In this document: positions 46,216 to 56,307 of the stretch, piece after piece | Numbering within the stretch: position 1 is the stretch's first letter | How the letters are laid out: each line of letters starts with the position of its first letter | NCBI GenBank assembly: GCA_017447305.1 | Contig: JAFSNY010000042.1 | Location: 8,435-72,434 of the forward strand | Origin: Bacilli bacterium | GTDB taxonomy: Bacteria; Bacillota_I; Bacilli_A; RFN20; CAG-826 | Direction: 5' to 3' | Length of the DNA: 64,000 bases | Made by a program: the position numbers and the translations under genes | Notes under the pieces: generated by a model | Told to the model about the DNA's origin: nothing | Database searches by the model: none | What the model saw: the letters and a program-made list of their open reading frames with translations, nothing else

Positions 46216-46857
46216 TTATTTTCCTTTTGCAGCAAGAAGATCTCTGATTTCTTTTAAGTAATCAAGTTCAGTTGGAACTGGTTCGCCTGGTTCTGGTTCA
46301 ACTGGTCTTTCTTCAGGATGTTTCTTGTAGTATTCTTCTTGAGCTTTTGCTTTGATTTCCGCATTCTTTCTTGCGATGTTGTTGGAAATCTTAACAATGA
46401 TGAAGAGAACTAAAGCAACGATGAGGAAGGAAATGATTGCATTAATTAATGCACCCCAGTTAACGATAGCAGAACCGTTGAAGTAGAAATTGGTTCCATA
46501 CTTTGTATAGTTAGCATTAATGATTGTTGCACCATATAAAGCAGGGTCGCTTGCACCAGCAGCGGTACCAATTTGAGTGGCAATAGTGTTGTAATCAGCA
46601 GCAGCAAATGATTGTCCGACACCTGATAAACCTTTTTGTCCATCAGTTAATGCTGGTAAAACGGTAACTAATCCAGCAAGTCCTCCTGGAACTGGCCATG
46701 TTGCAAAGTTAAGTAAGATGTTAACAAATGCATTAACAATTGCGGAGAAAGCACCACCAATGACAACACCAACAGCGAGCATGAAGGCATTACCACGGTT
46801 AATGAATTCTTTAAACTCAGTCCATAAACCTAGTCCTTTTTTAGCTTTTTTAGCCAT
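46216..46857 (-). CDS. mscL: Large-conductance mechanosensitive channel MscL, with a long C-terminal extension
   Basis: The N-terminus (EFKEFINRGNAFMLAVGVVIGGAF) is canonical MscL. The protein is 213 aa against the usual ~140. An AAGGAG RBS is present. Confidence 0.85.
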   Translation of the reverse strand: MAKKAKKGLGLWTEFKEFINRGNAFMLAVGVVIGGAFSAIVNAFVNILLNFATWPVPGGLAGLVTVLPALTDGQKGLSGVGQSFAAADYNTIATQIGTAAGASDPALYGATIINANYTKYGTNFYFNGSAIVNWGALINAIISFLIVALVLFIIVKISNNIARKNAEIKAKAQEEYYKKHPEERPVEPEPGEPVPTELDYLKEIRDLLAAKGK

Positions 46858-47201
46858 AAGTTTTCTCCTTTTTTAAAAACTAACTTTATTTTATTATAAA
46901 TGCGCGAAATATAAATCATATTTTTTAAAAAGTTTCATCCACGACTTTTGTTGCCTAAATCTAAGTATTCTCTTGTTTTTATCCTTCAAGATATACCGAT
47001 TTCCTAGGTATCTTATCCCACATTAAAAAAGTTAAAAAAATGCTTGATTTTTAGTAGTTTGGACAGTGTCTAAATTATGTAAAAAATGTCTTGGTAATCG
47101 GTGTTAATTATATATATTATTATTGCACACACTTCGTGGAGGGTTGGGGGACCCGTGCGAAGTTGAAATCCATAATAATTTACATATCGGGGGTAGAACA
47201 A

Positions 47202-49565
47202 ATGTTAAACGTTCGAAAGAGAGATAATTCGCTCGTTGAGTTTGATTTAAGTAAAATTGAGAAAGCTATCAAGAGAGCTTTCATAGCTGAACATAAACCA
47301 TTTACAGATGCAATGATTACAACGATTGCCTTAAAGGTAACCGCTGATTTTGCTAAGAAAGTGGTCAATGATGTCATCAGTGTTGAAGACATTCAAGATT
47401 CCGTTGAAAATGTCTTAATTGAGATTGGATATATCGATGTCGCTAAATCTTACATGATTTATCGTAAGCAACATGAAAATCTCAGAGATATGAAATCAAC
47501 AGAACTTGATTATAAGAAGACTGTTGATAACTATCTTAAAGTTAACGACTGGAGAGTTAAGGAAAATTCCACAGTTACATATTCCGTCGGTGGTTTAATC
47601 CTTTCTAACTCTGGTGCCGTTACCGCAAACTATTGGTTAAGTGAAGTTTATGATAAGGAAATCGCTGATGCGCATAGAAACGCTGATATCCATATCCATG
47701 ATTTAAGCATGTTAACCGGTTATTGCGCGGGATGGTCCTTAAAACAATTAATTAAAGAAGGTTTAGGCGGCGTTGTTGGAAAGATCACTTCTTCCCCTGC
47801 TCGTCACTTATCAACCCTTTGTAATCAAATGGTCAACTTCTTGGGTATCATGCAAAACGAATGGGCTGGCGCGCAAGCCTTCTCATCCTTTGATACCTAT
47901 TTAGCCCCATTTGTCAAAGTTGACAACCTCTCCTATAAAGAAGTTAAACAATGCATTCAATCCTTCATCTATGGTGTTAACACCCCATCAAGATGGGGAA
48001 CCCAAGCCCCATTCACCAATATCACCCTCGACTGGACTGTTCCAAATGATATGGCTGAATTAAACGCTCTCATCGGCGGAGAAGAGATGGATTTCAAATA
48101 TAAAGATTGCGTTAAAGAAATGGCAATGATCAACAAAGCCTTCATTGAAGTAATGATTGAAGGCGATGCCAATGGCCGTGGCTTCCAATACCCAATCCCA
48201 ACTTATTCCATCACTCGTGACTTTGACTGGTCTGAAACCGAGAATAATAAATTATTATTCGAAATGACCGCGAAATACGGCACTCCATATTTCTCTAACT
48301 ACATCAACTCCGATATGGAACCAAGCGATGTTAGAAGTATGTGCTGCAGACTTAGACTTGATTTACGTGAACTTCGTAAGAAATCCGGTGGTTTCTTTGG
48401 AAGTGGTGAATCTACTGGTAGCGTTGGTGTTGTCACCATCAATATGCCACGTCTTGCATATTTAGCCGTTGATGAAGCTGATTTCTACGCTCGTTTAGCC
48501 AAATTAATGGATATCTCTGCAAGAAGCTTAAAAGTCAAACGTCACTTCATTACTAAATTACTTGATGCCGGACTTTACCCATACACTAAGAGATATTTAG
48601 GAACATTCAATAACCACTTCTCCACCATCGGTCTTGTCGGTATGAATGAAGCTGCGTTAAACGCTCGTTGGTTAAAGAAAGACTTAACCACCGTTGAAGG
48701 ACAAAAATTTGCCGAAAATGTTCTTAACTTCATGAGAAATAAACTCTCTGATTATCAAGAACTCTATGGAGACTTATATAATTTAGAAGCCACTCCTGCT
48801 GAATCTACCGCTTATCGTCTTGCTAAACACGATAAAGAAAGATATCCAGATATCATCACCGCTTCAGATAATGATGAAACTCCATATTACACCAACTCAT
48901 CTCACCTTCCAGTTGGCTATACCGAAGATATCTTTGCCGCTTTAGATGTTCAAGATAACTTACAAACCCTTTATACATCCGGCACTGTCTTCCATGCATT
49001 CCTTGGACAAAAACTTCCAAGCTGGCAGTCCTGTATGGCATTAGTGAGAAAGATTGCAGAAAATTATCGTTTACCATATTACACGATGTCCCCAACTTAT
49101 TCCGTTTGTAGACATCACGGATATATCACTGGTGAGCAATATGTCTGTCCAATTTGTGGTGAAACCACAGAAGTCTATTCTCGTATTACTGGTTACTACC
49201 GTCCTGTTCAAAACTGGAACGCTGGTAAGACTGCAGAATTTAGAGACAGAAAGACATATGATATCGAACATTCCGTCATGGCTAGCTCTCACGCGATTAA
49301 TAGAGCGGTTGAAGAAAACGTTGAACCAGAAATTCGTAAATTAATGCTCTTCACCACCAAAACTTGTCCGAACTGCAAGATGGCGAAGATGATGCTTGAT
49401 AAAGCTGGCATCGAATACACCGCGATTGATGCTGAAGAAAATGTTGAATTAACCGTCTCCATGGGCGTTAAGAAAGCACCAACTCTCTTTGTCCCAAGTG
49501 AAGATGGATACGAAGTATATTCCAACGCTTCTGAAATCAAAGGTTGGATTGAAAATAGAAAATAA
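47202..49565 (+). CDS. nrdD: Anaerobic ribonucleoside-triphosphate reductase (class III) with a C-terminal glutaredoxin-like CPNC domain
   Basis: I trimmed the start to the ATG at 47202. The protein has an ATP cone, the glycine-radical region (RITGYYRPVQNWNAGK) and a Zn-ribbon Cys cluster. Its last ~75 aa (TKTCPNCKMAKMML...) have a thioredoxin-fold signature. Confidence 0.9.
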   Translation: MLNVRKRDNSLVEFDLSKIEKAIKRAFIAEHKPFTDAMITTIALKVTADFAKKVVNDVISVEDIQDSVENVLIEIGYIDVAKSYMIYRKQHENLRDMKSTELDYKKTVDNYLKVNDWRVKENSTVTYSVGGLILSNSGAVTANYWLSEVYDKEIADAHRNADIHIHDLSMLTGYCAGWSLKQLIKEGLGGVVGKITSSPARHLSTLCNQMVNFLGIMQNEWAGAQAFSSFDTYLAPFVKVDNLSYKEVKQCIQSFIYGVNTPSRWGTQAPFTNITLDWTVPNDMAELNALIGGEEMDFKYKDCVKEMAMINKAFIEVMIEGDANGRGFQYPIPTYSITRDFDWSETENNKLLFEMTAKYGTPYFSNYINSDMEPSDVRSMCCRLRLDLRELRKKSGGFFGSGESTGSVGVVTINMPRLAYLAVDEADFYARLAKLMDISARSLKVKRHFITKLLDAGLYPYTKRYLGTFNNHFSTIGLVGMNEAALNARWLKKDLTTVEGQKFAENVLNFMRNKLSDYQELYGDLYNLEATPAESTAYRLAKHDKERYPDIITASDNDETPYYTNSSHLPVGYTEDIFAALDVQDNLQTLYTSGTVFHAFLGQKLPSWQSCMALVRKIAENYRLPYYTMSPTYSVCRHHGYITGEQYVCPICGETTEVYSRITGYYRPVQNWNAGKTAEFRDRKTYDIEHSVMASSHAINRAVEENVEPEIRKLMLFTTKTCPNCKMAKMMLDKAGIEYTAIDAEENVELTVSMGVKKAPTLFVPSEDGYEVYSNASEIKGWIENRK

Positions 49566-49570
49566 GAATT

Positions 49571-50476
49571 ATGAGAAACTATGATGTCGTAGTTATCGGT
49601 GGAGGGCCAGCAGGAATGTCTGCGGCCCTTAACCTTAAAAGAATGGGAAAATCCGTCATTATCCTCGAAAAGGAAGCATTTGGAGGGCAAATTGCCACTT
49701 CTCCACGTGTGGAGAATATTCCGGGCTTTAAGGAAATTAGCGGTTTAGATTATTCCAATCTTTTCTTTGAACAACTCATGGATTTAGAAGTCGAATTCGA
49801 ACTAGAGGAAGTTTTGGAAGTTAAAAAAGATGGAGATTTATTCCATATCAAAACCAACTATAGTGAATACGAATCTAAAGCTGTAGTGATCGCTGCCGGT
49901 GTTACCCATCGTCATATGGGTGTCGCTAGAGAAGAAGAATTAGTTGGAAAAGGTGTCTCCTATTGTGCAGTTTGTGATGGAGCGTTCTTCAAAGATAAAG
50001 ATGTCGCGGTCATTGGAGACGCTAATTCAGCGCTTCAATACGCCCTCAACTTGACCAATTATTGTAATAAAGTTTATCTCTGCATGCTCTTTGATCGCTT
50101 CTTTGCAGATAACATTCTTGTCAATAGAGTGCTTAAGAACGAGAAAATCATCATCACCAAAGAAATCGCTCTTCAAGAATTCTTAGGAGAAGATGAATTA
50201 ACCGGATTAAGATTTGAAAACACCAAAACCCATGAAGAAGTCATCTTTAATGTCTCAGGAGTATTTATCGCAATTGGACAAGTTCCACATAACGACTTAT
50301 ATAAAAACCTCGTTGATTTAGATAAAGGTTACATCGTCGTTAACGAATTCATGAAAACGAAAACCAAAGGATTATACGCTGTTGGAGATTGCACAAAAAA
50401 AGCATACCGACAAGTATGCACTGCAGTGAATGATGGGTTAATTGCTGCCATATCAATAAGCAACGAAATTGAATAA
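49571..50476 (+). CDS. Thioredoxin-reductase-like FAD/NAD(P) flavoprotein disulfide reductase
   Basis: FAD motif VVVIGGGPAG and the TrxR-type redox-active CAVCDGAFF motif. It starts 5 nt after the nrdD stop. Confidence 0.8.
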   Translation: MRNYDVVVIGGGPAGMSAALNLKRMGKSVIILEKEAFGGQIATSPRVENIPGFKEISGLDYSNLFFEQLMDLEVEFELEEVLEVKKDGDLFHIKTNYSEYESKAVVIAAGVTHRHMGVAREEELVGKGVSYCAVCDGAFFKDKDVAVIGDANSALQYALNLTNYCNKVYLCMLFDRFFADNILVNRVLKNEKIIITKEIALQEFLGEDELTGLRFENTKTHEEVIFNVSGVFIAIGQVPHNDLYKNLVDLDKGYIVVNEFMKTKTKGLYAVGDCTKKAYRQVCTAVNDGLIAAISISNEIE

Positions 50477-50503
50477 AACCGCTCGCCCGAGCGGTTTTTT
50501 ATT
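50476..50503. terminator. Bidirectional rho-independent terminator between trxB-like (+) and nrdG (-)
   Basis: AACCGCTCG-ccc-GAGCGGTT followed by TTTTTTATTT. Confidence 0.65.
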
Positions 50504-51194
50504 TATCGTATCCTCTTAAACCTACATTTTCGATATATGGCTTTAGTATTTCTATGAACCTATTAGCCTTTTCTATGCTTACTTCGTGAAGTCCGTCAAC
50601 CAAGCATGTTCCTTGATCAACAAACTTCTGGAGTCGATATTTTTTGCATCCTTTAAGCATTTCCGCAATCTTTTTTATATCTTCTTCATCATGTAATTCA
50701 TCGACGATTGTCGTCCTAAATTCATAGTTGATTCCGCATTTTTCGATGTAGTTGATGCTATCTTTTAGTTTTTCAACATTCGCTTTAACCCCACAAGTTT
50801 TCTCATATGAGTCAAAAGAATTCTTGATATCCATCGCAATAAAATCAACAAGCCCTTCTTCCACGACTTCTTTGATTATTTGAGGATTAAGTCCATTGGA
50901 ATCAAGCTTGATAACATATCCTAATTCTTTAACCTTCCTTAACATAGGTTTAAGATTCTTATCTAGTGTAGGTTCGCCACCAGTAAATGTCACCGCATCA
51001 AGGATGTTCTTTCTTTTCTCTAAATAGGATAAAATTTCATCGAAGGAAATATCGTCACATTTTTCTGGCATCATCACTAAATCGAAGTTATGGCAAAACG
51101 GGCAACGCATATTGCAACCACCAAAAAAGATGACCGCGGTGACCTTGTTATCAAAATCTAATAATGATAGTTTTTCAAATCCTTTGATTGGCAT
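50499..51194 (-). CDS. nrdG: Anaerobic ribonucleotide reductase activating protein (radical SAM)
   Basis: GGCNMRCPFCHN, a CxxxCxxC radical-SAM motif. 231 aa. Confidence 0.9.
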   Translation of the reverse strand: MPIKGFEKLSLLDFDNKVTAVIFFGGCNMRCPFCHNFDLVMMPEKCDDISFDEILSYLEKRKNILDAVTFTGGEPTLDKNLKPMLRKVKELGYVIKLDSNGLNPQIIKEVVEEGLVDFIAMDIKNSFDSYEKTCGVKANVEKLKDSINYIEKCGINYEFRTTIVDELHDEEDIKKIAEMLKGCKKYRLQKFVDQGTCLVDGLHEVSIEKANRFIEILKPYIENVGLRGYDK

Positions 51195-51284
51195 ATTTTT
51201 ACCTGTATAAATAATATAATTTAAATGCTTCTTTTTATAAAGAAAAAACGAGGAGACCTCGTTTTAACTTTATTTATTGAATGA

Positions 51285-52265
51285 TTAGATCTTGTCGTTA
51301 GAGCCTAAGACATCCATGATTTTATGTTTGACGATGTCTTTGACGTATTTTCTTCCATCACCAAGATATTGTCTAGGATCGAAGTGTTCTGGATGTTCAT
51401 CGAAGTGTTCACGAATTCCTGCGGTGAGGGCTAAACGGAGGTCACTATCGATATTAATCTTACAAACAGCAAGTCTAGCAGCTTGTCTTAATTGTTCTTC
51501 TGGGACACCAACAGCGTCAACGAGTTTTCCACCATGTTCATTGATGATCTTGACGTATTCTTGGTTAACTGAAGAGGAACCATGTAAGACAATTGGGAAT
51601 CCTGGGAGTCTCTTACTAACTTCTTCTAAGATGTCGAATCTTAATGGAGGTGGGAGTAAGACTCCGGTTTTTGGATCTCTGGTGCATTGTTCTGGTTTGA
51701 ATTTGAAGGCACCATGGGATGTTCCGATTGCGATGGCTAAGCTATCACAACCTGTACGTTTGACGAATTCTTCAACGTCTTCTGGTCTTGTATAGGATTC
51801 ATTACCATGTTCAACTTTGACGTCATCTTCGATACCAGCAAGAGTACCAAGTTCAGCTTCAACGGTGACATATGGGTGTTTGCTTGTATCGTGAGCATAT
51901 TCGACAACCTTACGGGTAAGAGCGATATTTTCTTCAAACGATTTTGAAGAAGCATCAATCATAACTGAGGTGAATCCATTATCGATACAATCTTTACAAA
52001 TTTCGAAATCAGCACCGTGATCTAAGTGGAGGACAATTGGTAAACCGGTGTCTTCGACAGCGGCTTCAACCATCTTTCTGAGATAGACTGGTTTGGCATA
52101 TTTTCTTGCTCCAGCGGAGACTTGGAGAATAACTGGGGAATTGCATTCTTTAGCAGCTTCAGTAATAGCTTGAACGATTTCCATGTTATTGCAGTTGAAA
52201 GCACCAATGGCATAACCACCATCATAGGCTTTCTTAAACATTTCAATAGTGTTAACTAATGGCAT
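51285..52265 (-). CDS. fba: Fructose-bisphosphate aldolase, class II
   Basis: Class II FBA motifs (the metal-binding LHLDHG and the GTSHGAFKF region). Confidence 0.9.
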   Translation of the reverse strand: MPLVNTIEMFKKAYDGGYAIGAFNCNNMEIVQAITEAAKECNSPVILQVSAGARKYAKPVYLRKMVEAAVEDTGLPIVLHLDHGADFEICKDCIDNGFTSVMIDASSKSFEENIALTRKVVEYAHDTSKHPYVTVEAELGTLAGIEDDVKVEHGNESYTRPEDVEEFVKRTGCDSLAIAIGTSHGAFKFKPEQCTRDPKTGVLLPPPLRFDILEEVSKRLPGFPIVLHGSSSVNQEYVKIINEHGGKLVDAVGVPEEQLRQAARLAVCKINIDSDLRLALTAGIREHFDEHPEHFDPRQYLGDGRKYVKDIVKHKIMDVLGSNDKI

Positions 52266-52344
52266 AATGTGTTACCTTTCTTTTGTTTTCGTAAATATTA
52301 TAAACTTTGTAATTGTTGAAATAAACAATTATGCATAAATTACT

Positions 52345-54771
52345 TTACAATTTGGCTTTTAAGCCACGCATTTTCTTACGGCCTCTAAATGGATGACCAT
52401 TAGCGATATCGAGCATTCCTTCGGCTTCGTTTAGAGTTAATGCGCCCGAAGAACTATAGCAAAGGAATCTTAAACAGCAATGGACCACGGTTAATGAAGC
52501 CATATATCCATTCATCTTTTTTCTTCTTTTAACAAGAGGATCAGTTTCATTATCCGCTTCTTTCATTGCTTTGATTCCTTGGGAACGAATTAAGTTTTGA
52601 AGAACTCTTCCAAATAATGAATTCATTTCACTTATTGGGGTGTACATCGTATATGGTTTTTTCGCTGGGACATAATCTGGAATCTCTTTTCCATATAAGT
52701 CTTCAAATTCTTTCTTAGTTAAGTTATCTATCCTATTAATATCGAAATATGGAAGACATTTTTCTTTAGGAAGTCCAACTGGGATTTCGCCTTTAATATT
52801 TACTTCTTCTTTATATTCGATATCACGAACGTTCTTACCAATTAAGACTTCGTATTTACCATCTTCTAACACCCATCTATTATGACCCACATCATATATC
52901 ATTAAATCAGCGTGATGGATAGAGATTTTGACCTCTTTTTCTTCATGAGGTTTAAGCAATACTTTCGCAAATCCTTTCAGTTCTTTATTAGGTCTAAACA
53001 CGACATCTGAATCTTTATGAATGTAGACTTGAACAATCTCTTTTCCTGCTACTTCACCATTGTTTTTGATTTTTAAGGTAACATTGATGTTATTTTTATC
53101 ATCACTAACTTTGAAGTCAGAATAGGTATACGTAACATAAGATAAACCATATCCAAATGGATAACGAACTTTCATACCTTTTGTGTCGTAATATCTATAA
53201 CCTACATAAATTGATTCTTTGTAAAGTTCTTTAGGGCATGATGAGAAGTCTTTACTCGATGGATTATCTTCATATTTCATCGTCCATGTTTCACTAACTT
53301 TTCCAGATGGATTATTAAGCCCAAAGAGAGTTTCATAGATTGGCACTCCACTACATTCACCAGGAAGACCAACAAAGAGAATAGAGTCAACATCATCTTC
53401 ATATGGTACTTCAGTGGATGATCCGCCAAATAATAAGACAACGATTGGTTTATTTAATTCTTTGACACGACTAATTAAAGAAAGTTGATTTTGTGGTAAC
53501 CTCATTGATTCGCGGTCATAACTTTCGCATTCTTCATAATCGCTTTGACCGACGAAAAGAAGAACAATATCTGCATCCTTCGCACTTTCGATAGCGAGAT
53601 CTTCTAATTCCTTATTAGGATAATCTTCATTATCGTGGAATCCCGCGGAATATGTATAAGAAATACCTTCTTTATTAAAAGTATCTAATGGGCGGATATA
53701 GTGTGAGTTATTAATTAGTGAAGAACCACCACCTTGGAATCTTGGTCTTTCAAAATATTCTCCGATAATCGCGTATTTTTTATCTTTAGATAAAGGAAGG
53801 AGTTTGTTCTTATTTTTAAGTAACACCATCGATTCGTTCGCGGCTTCTATCGCTAATTGTTGATGCTTTTCAAAAACGCTTTTATCAACTTTTGGATTAT
53901 CTCTCGTATCAGAAATGGCTTTTAAAATACGATAAACGGAAGTATCGATTTCTTCCATGGTGATAACACCATTATGATAAGCATCAATTACTCGTTGGAC
54001 ATTTGATGGAGTGCATCCTGGCATTTCTAAGTCTTGTCCTACTTTTAATCCAATTTCTCTTTCATCAATTCCGCCCCAATCGGTCATGGCAAAACCATCA
54101 AAACCCCATTCATCTCTTAAAGCTTTGAATAGGAGTTCATTTTGAGCAGCATATGTCCCATTAATGCGGTTATATGAGGTCATAATCGACTTCGCATGAC
54201 CTTCCCTAACTGCGATTTCAAATGGTTTGAGATAAATCTCACGTAACGCTCTTTCATCAACGATTGAATCACCAACTGTTCTCCACTTCTCATTGTTATT
54301 ACAAGCGAAATGTTTTGGACAGGCGATGACGTTTTGTGACTGAACACCTTGAATATATGAACAAGCGAGTTTTCCTGCTAAAAGAGGATCTTCGCTTAAA
54401 TATTCAAAATTACGGCCGCATAATTGATTTCTCTTAATGTTAATGGCAGGACCTAATAAAACATCAACTCTATACGCTAAACACTCTTTAGCGATCGCTT
54501 CGCCAATTCGACGATATAAATCTAAATCCCAGGAGCAAGAAACAAGCGAACCTAAAGGAAACGATGTCGCTGGTAAAGCTTCATTTAAATCGAATCCTGG
54601 TTCGTTATTATCATTAATTTTTCTAACCCCGTTAGGACCATCGGTCATTCTTAAAGGAGGAATTCCTTTTTCGGGAAATTCCTTTGTTTCCATCGTTTTA
54701 GCGCCTGATAAAAATAACGCTTTTTCTTCAAGAGTTAAACTTTTCAGAAGTTTCTTTAAATCTTTTTCCAT
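52345..54771 (-). CDS. Glycoside hydrolase family 3 beta-glucosidase (BglX-like)
   Basis: GH3 N-terminal motifs (the MTDGPNGVR and GFDGFAMTDWGG regions) plus the C-terminal beta-sandwich domains. Confidence 0.85.
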   Translation of the reverse strand: MEKDLKKLLKSLTLEEKALFLSGAKTMETKEFPEKGIPPLRMTDGPNGVRKINDNNEPGFDLNEALPATSFPLGSLVSCSWDLDLYRRIGEAIAKECLAYRVDVLLGPAINIKRNQLCGRNFEYLSEDPLLAGKLACSYIQGVQSQNVIACPKHFACNNNEKWRTVGDSIVDERALREIYLKPFEIAVREGHAKSIMTSYNRINGTYAAQNELLFKALRDEWGFDGFAMTDWGGIDEREIGLKVGQDLEMPGCTPSNVQRVIDAYHNGVITMEEIDTSVYRILKAISDTRDNPKVDKSVFEKHQQLAIEAANESMVLLKNKNKLLPLSKDKKYAIIGEYFERPRFQGGGSSLINNSHYIRPLDTFNKEGISYTYSAGFHDNEDYPNKELEDLAIESAKDADIVLLFVGQSDYEECESYDRESMRLPQNQLSLISRVKELNKPIVVLLFGGSSTEVPYEDDVDSILFVGLPGECSGVPIYETLFGLNNPSGKVSETWTMKYEDNPSSKDFSSCPKELYKESIYVGYRYYDTKGMKVRYPFGYGLSYVTYTYSDFKVSDDKNNINVTLKIKNNGEVAGKEIVQVYIHKDSDVVFRPNKELKGFAKVLLKPHEEKEVKISIHHADLMIYDVGHNRWVLEDGKYEVLIGKNVRDIEYKEEVNIKGEIPVGLPKEKCLPYFDINRIDNLTKKEFEDLYGKEIPDYVPAKKPYTMYTPISEMNSLFGRVLQNLIRSQGIKAMKEADNETDPLVKRRKKMNGYMASLTVVHCCLRFLCYSSSGALTLNEAEGMLDIANGHPFRGRKKMRGLKAKL

Positions 54772-54773
54772 AT

Positions 54774-56270
54774 TTATATGAGTGTAATAACCGTATTAAG
54801 AGCGAAGGCTACAACAAATAAAGCGGTGATAATATAAACAGGTAATTTGATTTCTTTTCCTCTTCCAGCAATGAGCATGGATAAGGTGTAAACGATAAGT
54901 CCAACACCAATGCCATTACTGATGGAATAAGTGAGGACCGCAAACATAAAGGCAATAACTGCGGTAAAGCAGGCAATTAAATCACTCTTATTGATACCGA
55001 TAACACCATTAACGGTGATAATAACTCCAACACTAACGAGCGCTGCTGCGGTAACGCTACCAGCAGTAAAGATGGAGAATACTGGATAAATGAATGCACT
55101 GAGAAGGAATAATAATGCAGCAACAACAGCAGCTAAACCTGTCTTTGCGCCTAAAGAGACACCGACATTAGATTCCGCAAATGATGTGACTGTACTTGTT
55201 CCTAAAGGAGCACAGATTAATGCACCTGCTGCGTCCGCCAAAACGGCTTTCTTGTAGTTTTGCATTTTTCCATTTTCATCGATGACTCCCGTCTTTTCGC
55301 CTACGGCGATTAAGGTTGCGGTTGTATCAAATAAGTTAACAAACATTAATGAGAAAATAGCGACATATGTGGTTGGATTTTTAAAGACACTAGCAAGGTC
55401 ACTTCCAAACTGTGAACCAGTGTATGGGTTAGCTTGATCAAAGAATCCATATAAGAATACTTTATCCACTCCACTCATTCCCCAAGCTGGTTTACTAATC
55501 CAAGGGGCAATTGGAAGATTAACCGCACAAGAATCGATAACATCAACTCCGGTTGAATAAGTAAAGACACCGGCGTTTTCTGAGATGCTTCCATTACTAA
55601 TCATGATTGTGGAAATAATCACTCCGCATACTGCGGCGATTAAAATAGCGATTGGAATAGCAAGAGAAGATAGCATCTTCTTTTTGGTGAAGGTCAGGAC
55701 TAAGGCTAAGATAACGGCGATAAATCCTAATAACATTCCTGGATCAGCGAAGTTTCCAAATGTCACTAAAGTGCTAGCTTCTGCGACAATGATTCCACTT
55801 CCCTTAAGTCCAACAAAGAGGATAAACCCGCCTAAACAAGCGGAAATGATACATCTTAAATCTTTTGGAATTGATTCGATGATAATTTTTCTTATTGGTG
55901 TAAGAGAAAAGATGAAGAATAAAAGTCCGGCGACAGTGAGGAGAATCATGCATTGTTGCCAAGAATATCCTTGTTGGCCGGCAATGGTGAAGGCTAAGAA
56001 AGCATTAAGCCCCATTCCCGCTGATAACATGATTGGGTAATTAGCAACAATACCCATAATCATCGTAACAATAAAGGAGACAATCGCTGTGATGGCGAAG
56101 ACTCCAGCTTTATCCATGCCCATCGCACTTAATATTCCAGCGTTGACTGGAAGGATATAGCACATGGCAATAAAGGTCACAAGACCGCCGATGATTTCAT
56201 TCTTTAAAGAGGCACCTCTCGTGTCCAGATGAAATATTTTGTTTAAAAATTTCATATCATCAATCCTCAA
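54774..56270 (-). CDS. NCS2-family nucleobase permease (AzgA-like adenine/guanine/hypoxanthine permease)
   Basis: 498 aa with about 13 transmembrane helices and an AzgA-like N-terminus. It starts 37 nt after the nuclease gene, so the two are likely operonic. Confidence 0.8.
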   Translation of the reverse strand: MRIDDMKFLNKIFHLDTRGASLKNEIIGGLVTFIAMCYILPVNAGILSAMGMDKAGVFAITAIVSFIVTMIMGIVANYPIMLSAGMGLNAFLAFTIAGQQGYSWQQCMILLTVAGLLFFIFSLTPIRKIIIESIPKDLRCIISACLGGFILFVGLKGSGIIVAEASTLVTFGNFADPGMLLGFIAVILALVLTFTKKKMLSSLAIPIAILIAAVCGVIISTIMISNGSISENAGVFTYSTGVDVIDSCAVNLPIAPWISKPAWGMSGVDKVFLYGFFDQANPYTGSQFGSDLASVFKNPTTYVAIFSLMFVNLFDTTATLIAVGEKTGVIDENGKMQNYKKAVLADAAGALICAPLGTSTVTSFAESNVGVSLGAKTGLAAVVAALLFLLSAFIYPVFSIFTAGSVTAAALVSVGVIITVNGVIGINKSDLIACFTAVIAFMFAVLTYSISNGIGVGLIVYTLSMLIAGRGKEIKLPVYIITALFVVAFALNTVITLI

Positions 56271-56307
56271 CTTTTATAAATATTTTACAACGTTAAACGT
56301 TGATTTT

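Noticed and set aside
46216-46857. The C-terminal extension of MscL, considered as a separate fused gene
   Set aside because: The ORF is continuous and the extension is Ala/Gly/Lys-rich low complexity, most likely a lineage-specific tail.
51292-51795. 167-aa plus-strand ORF
   Set aside because: It is antisense within fba and has no independent support.
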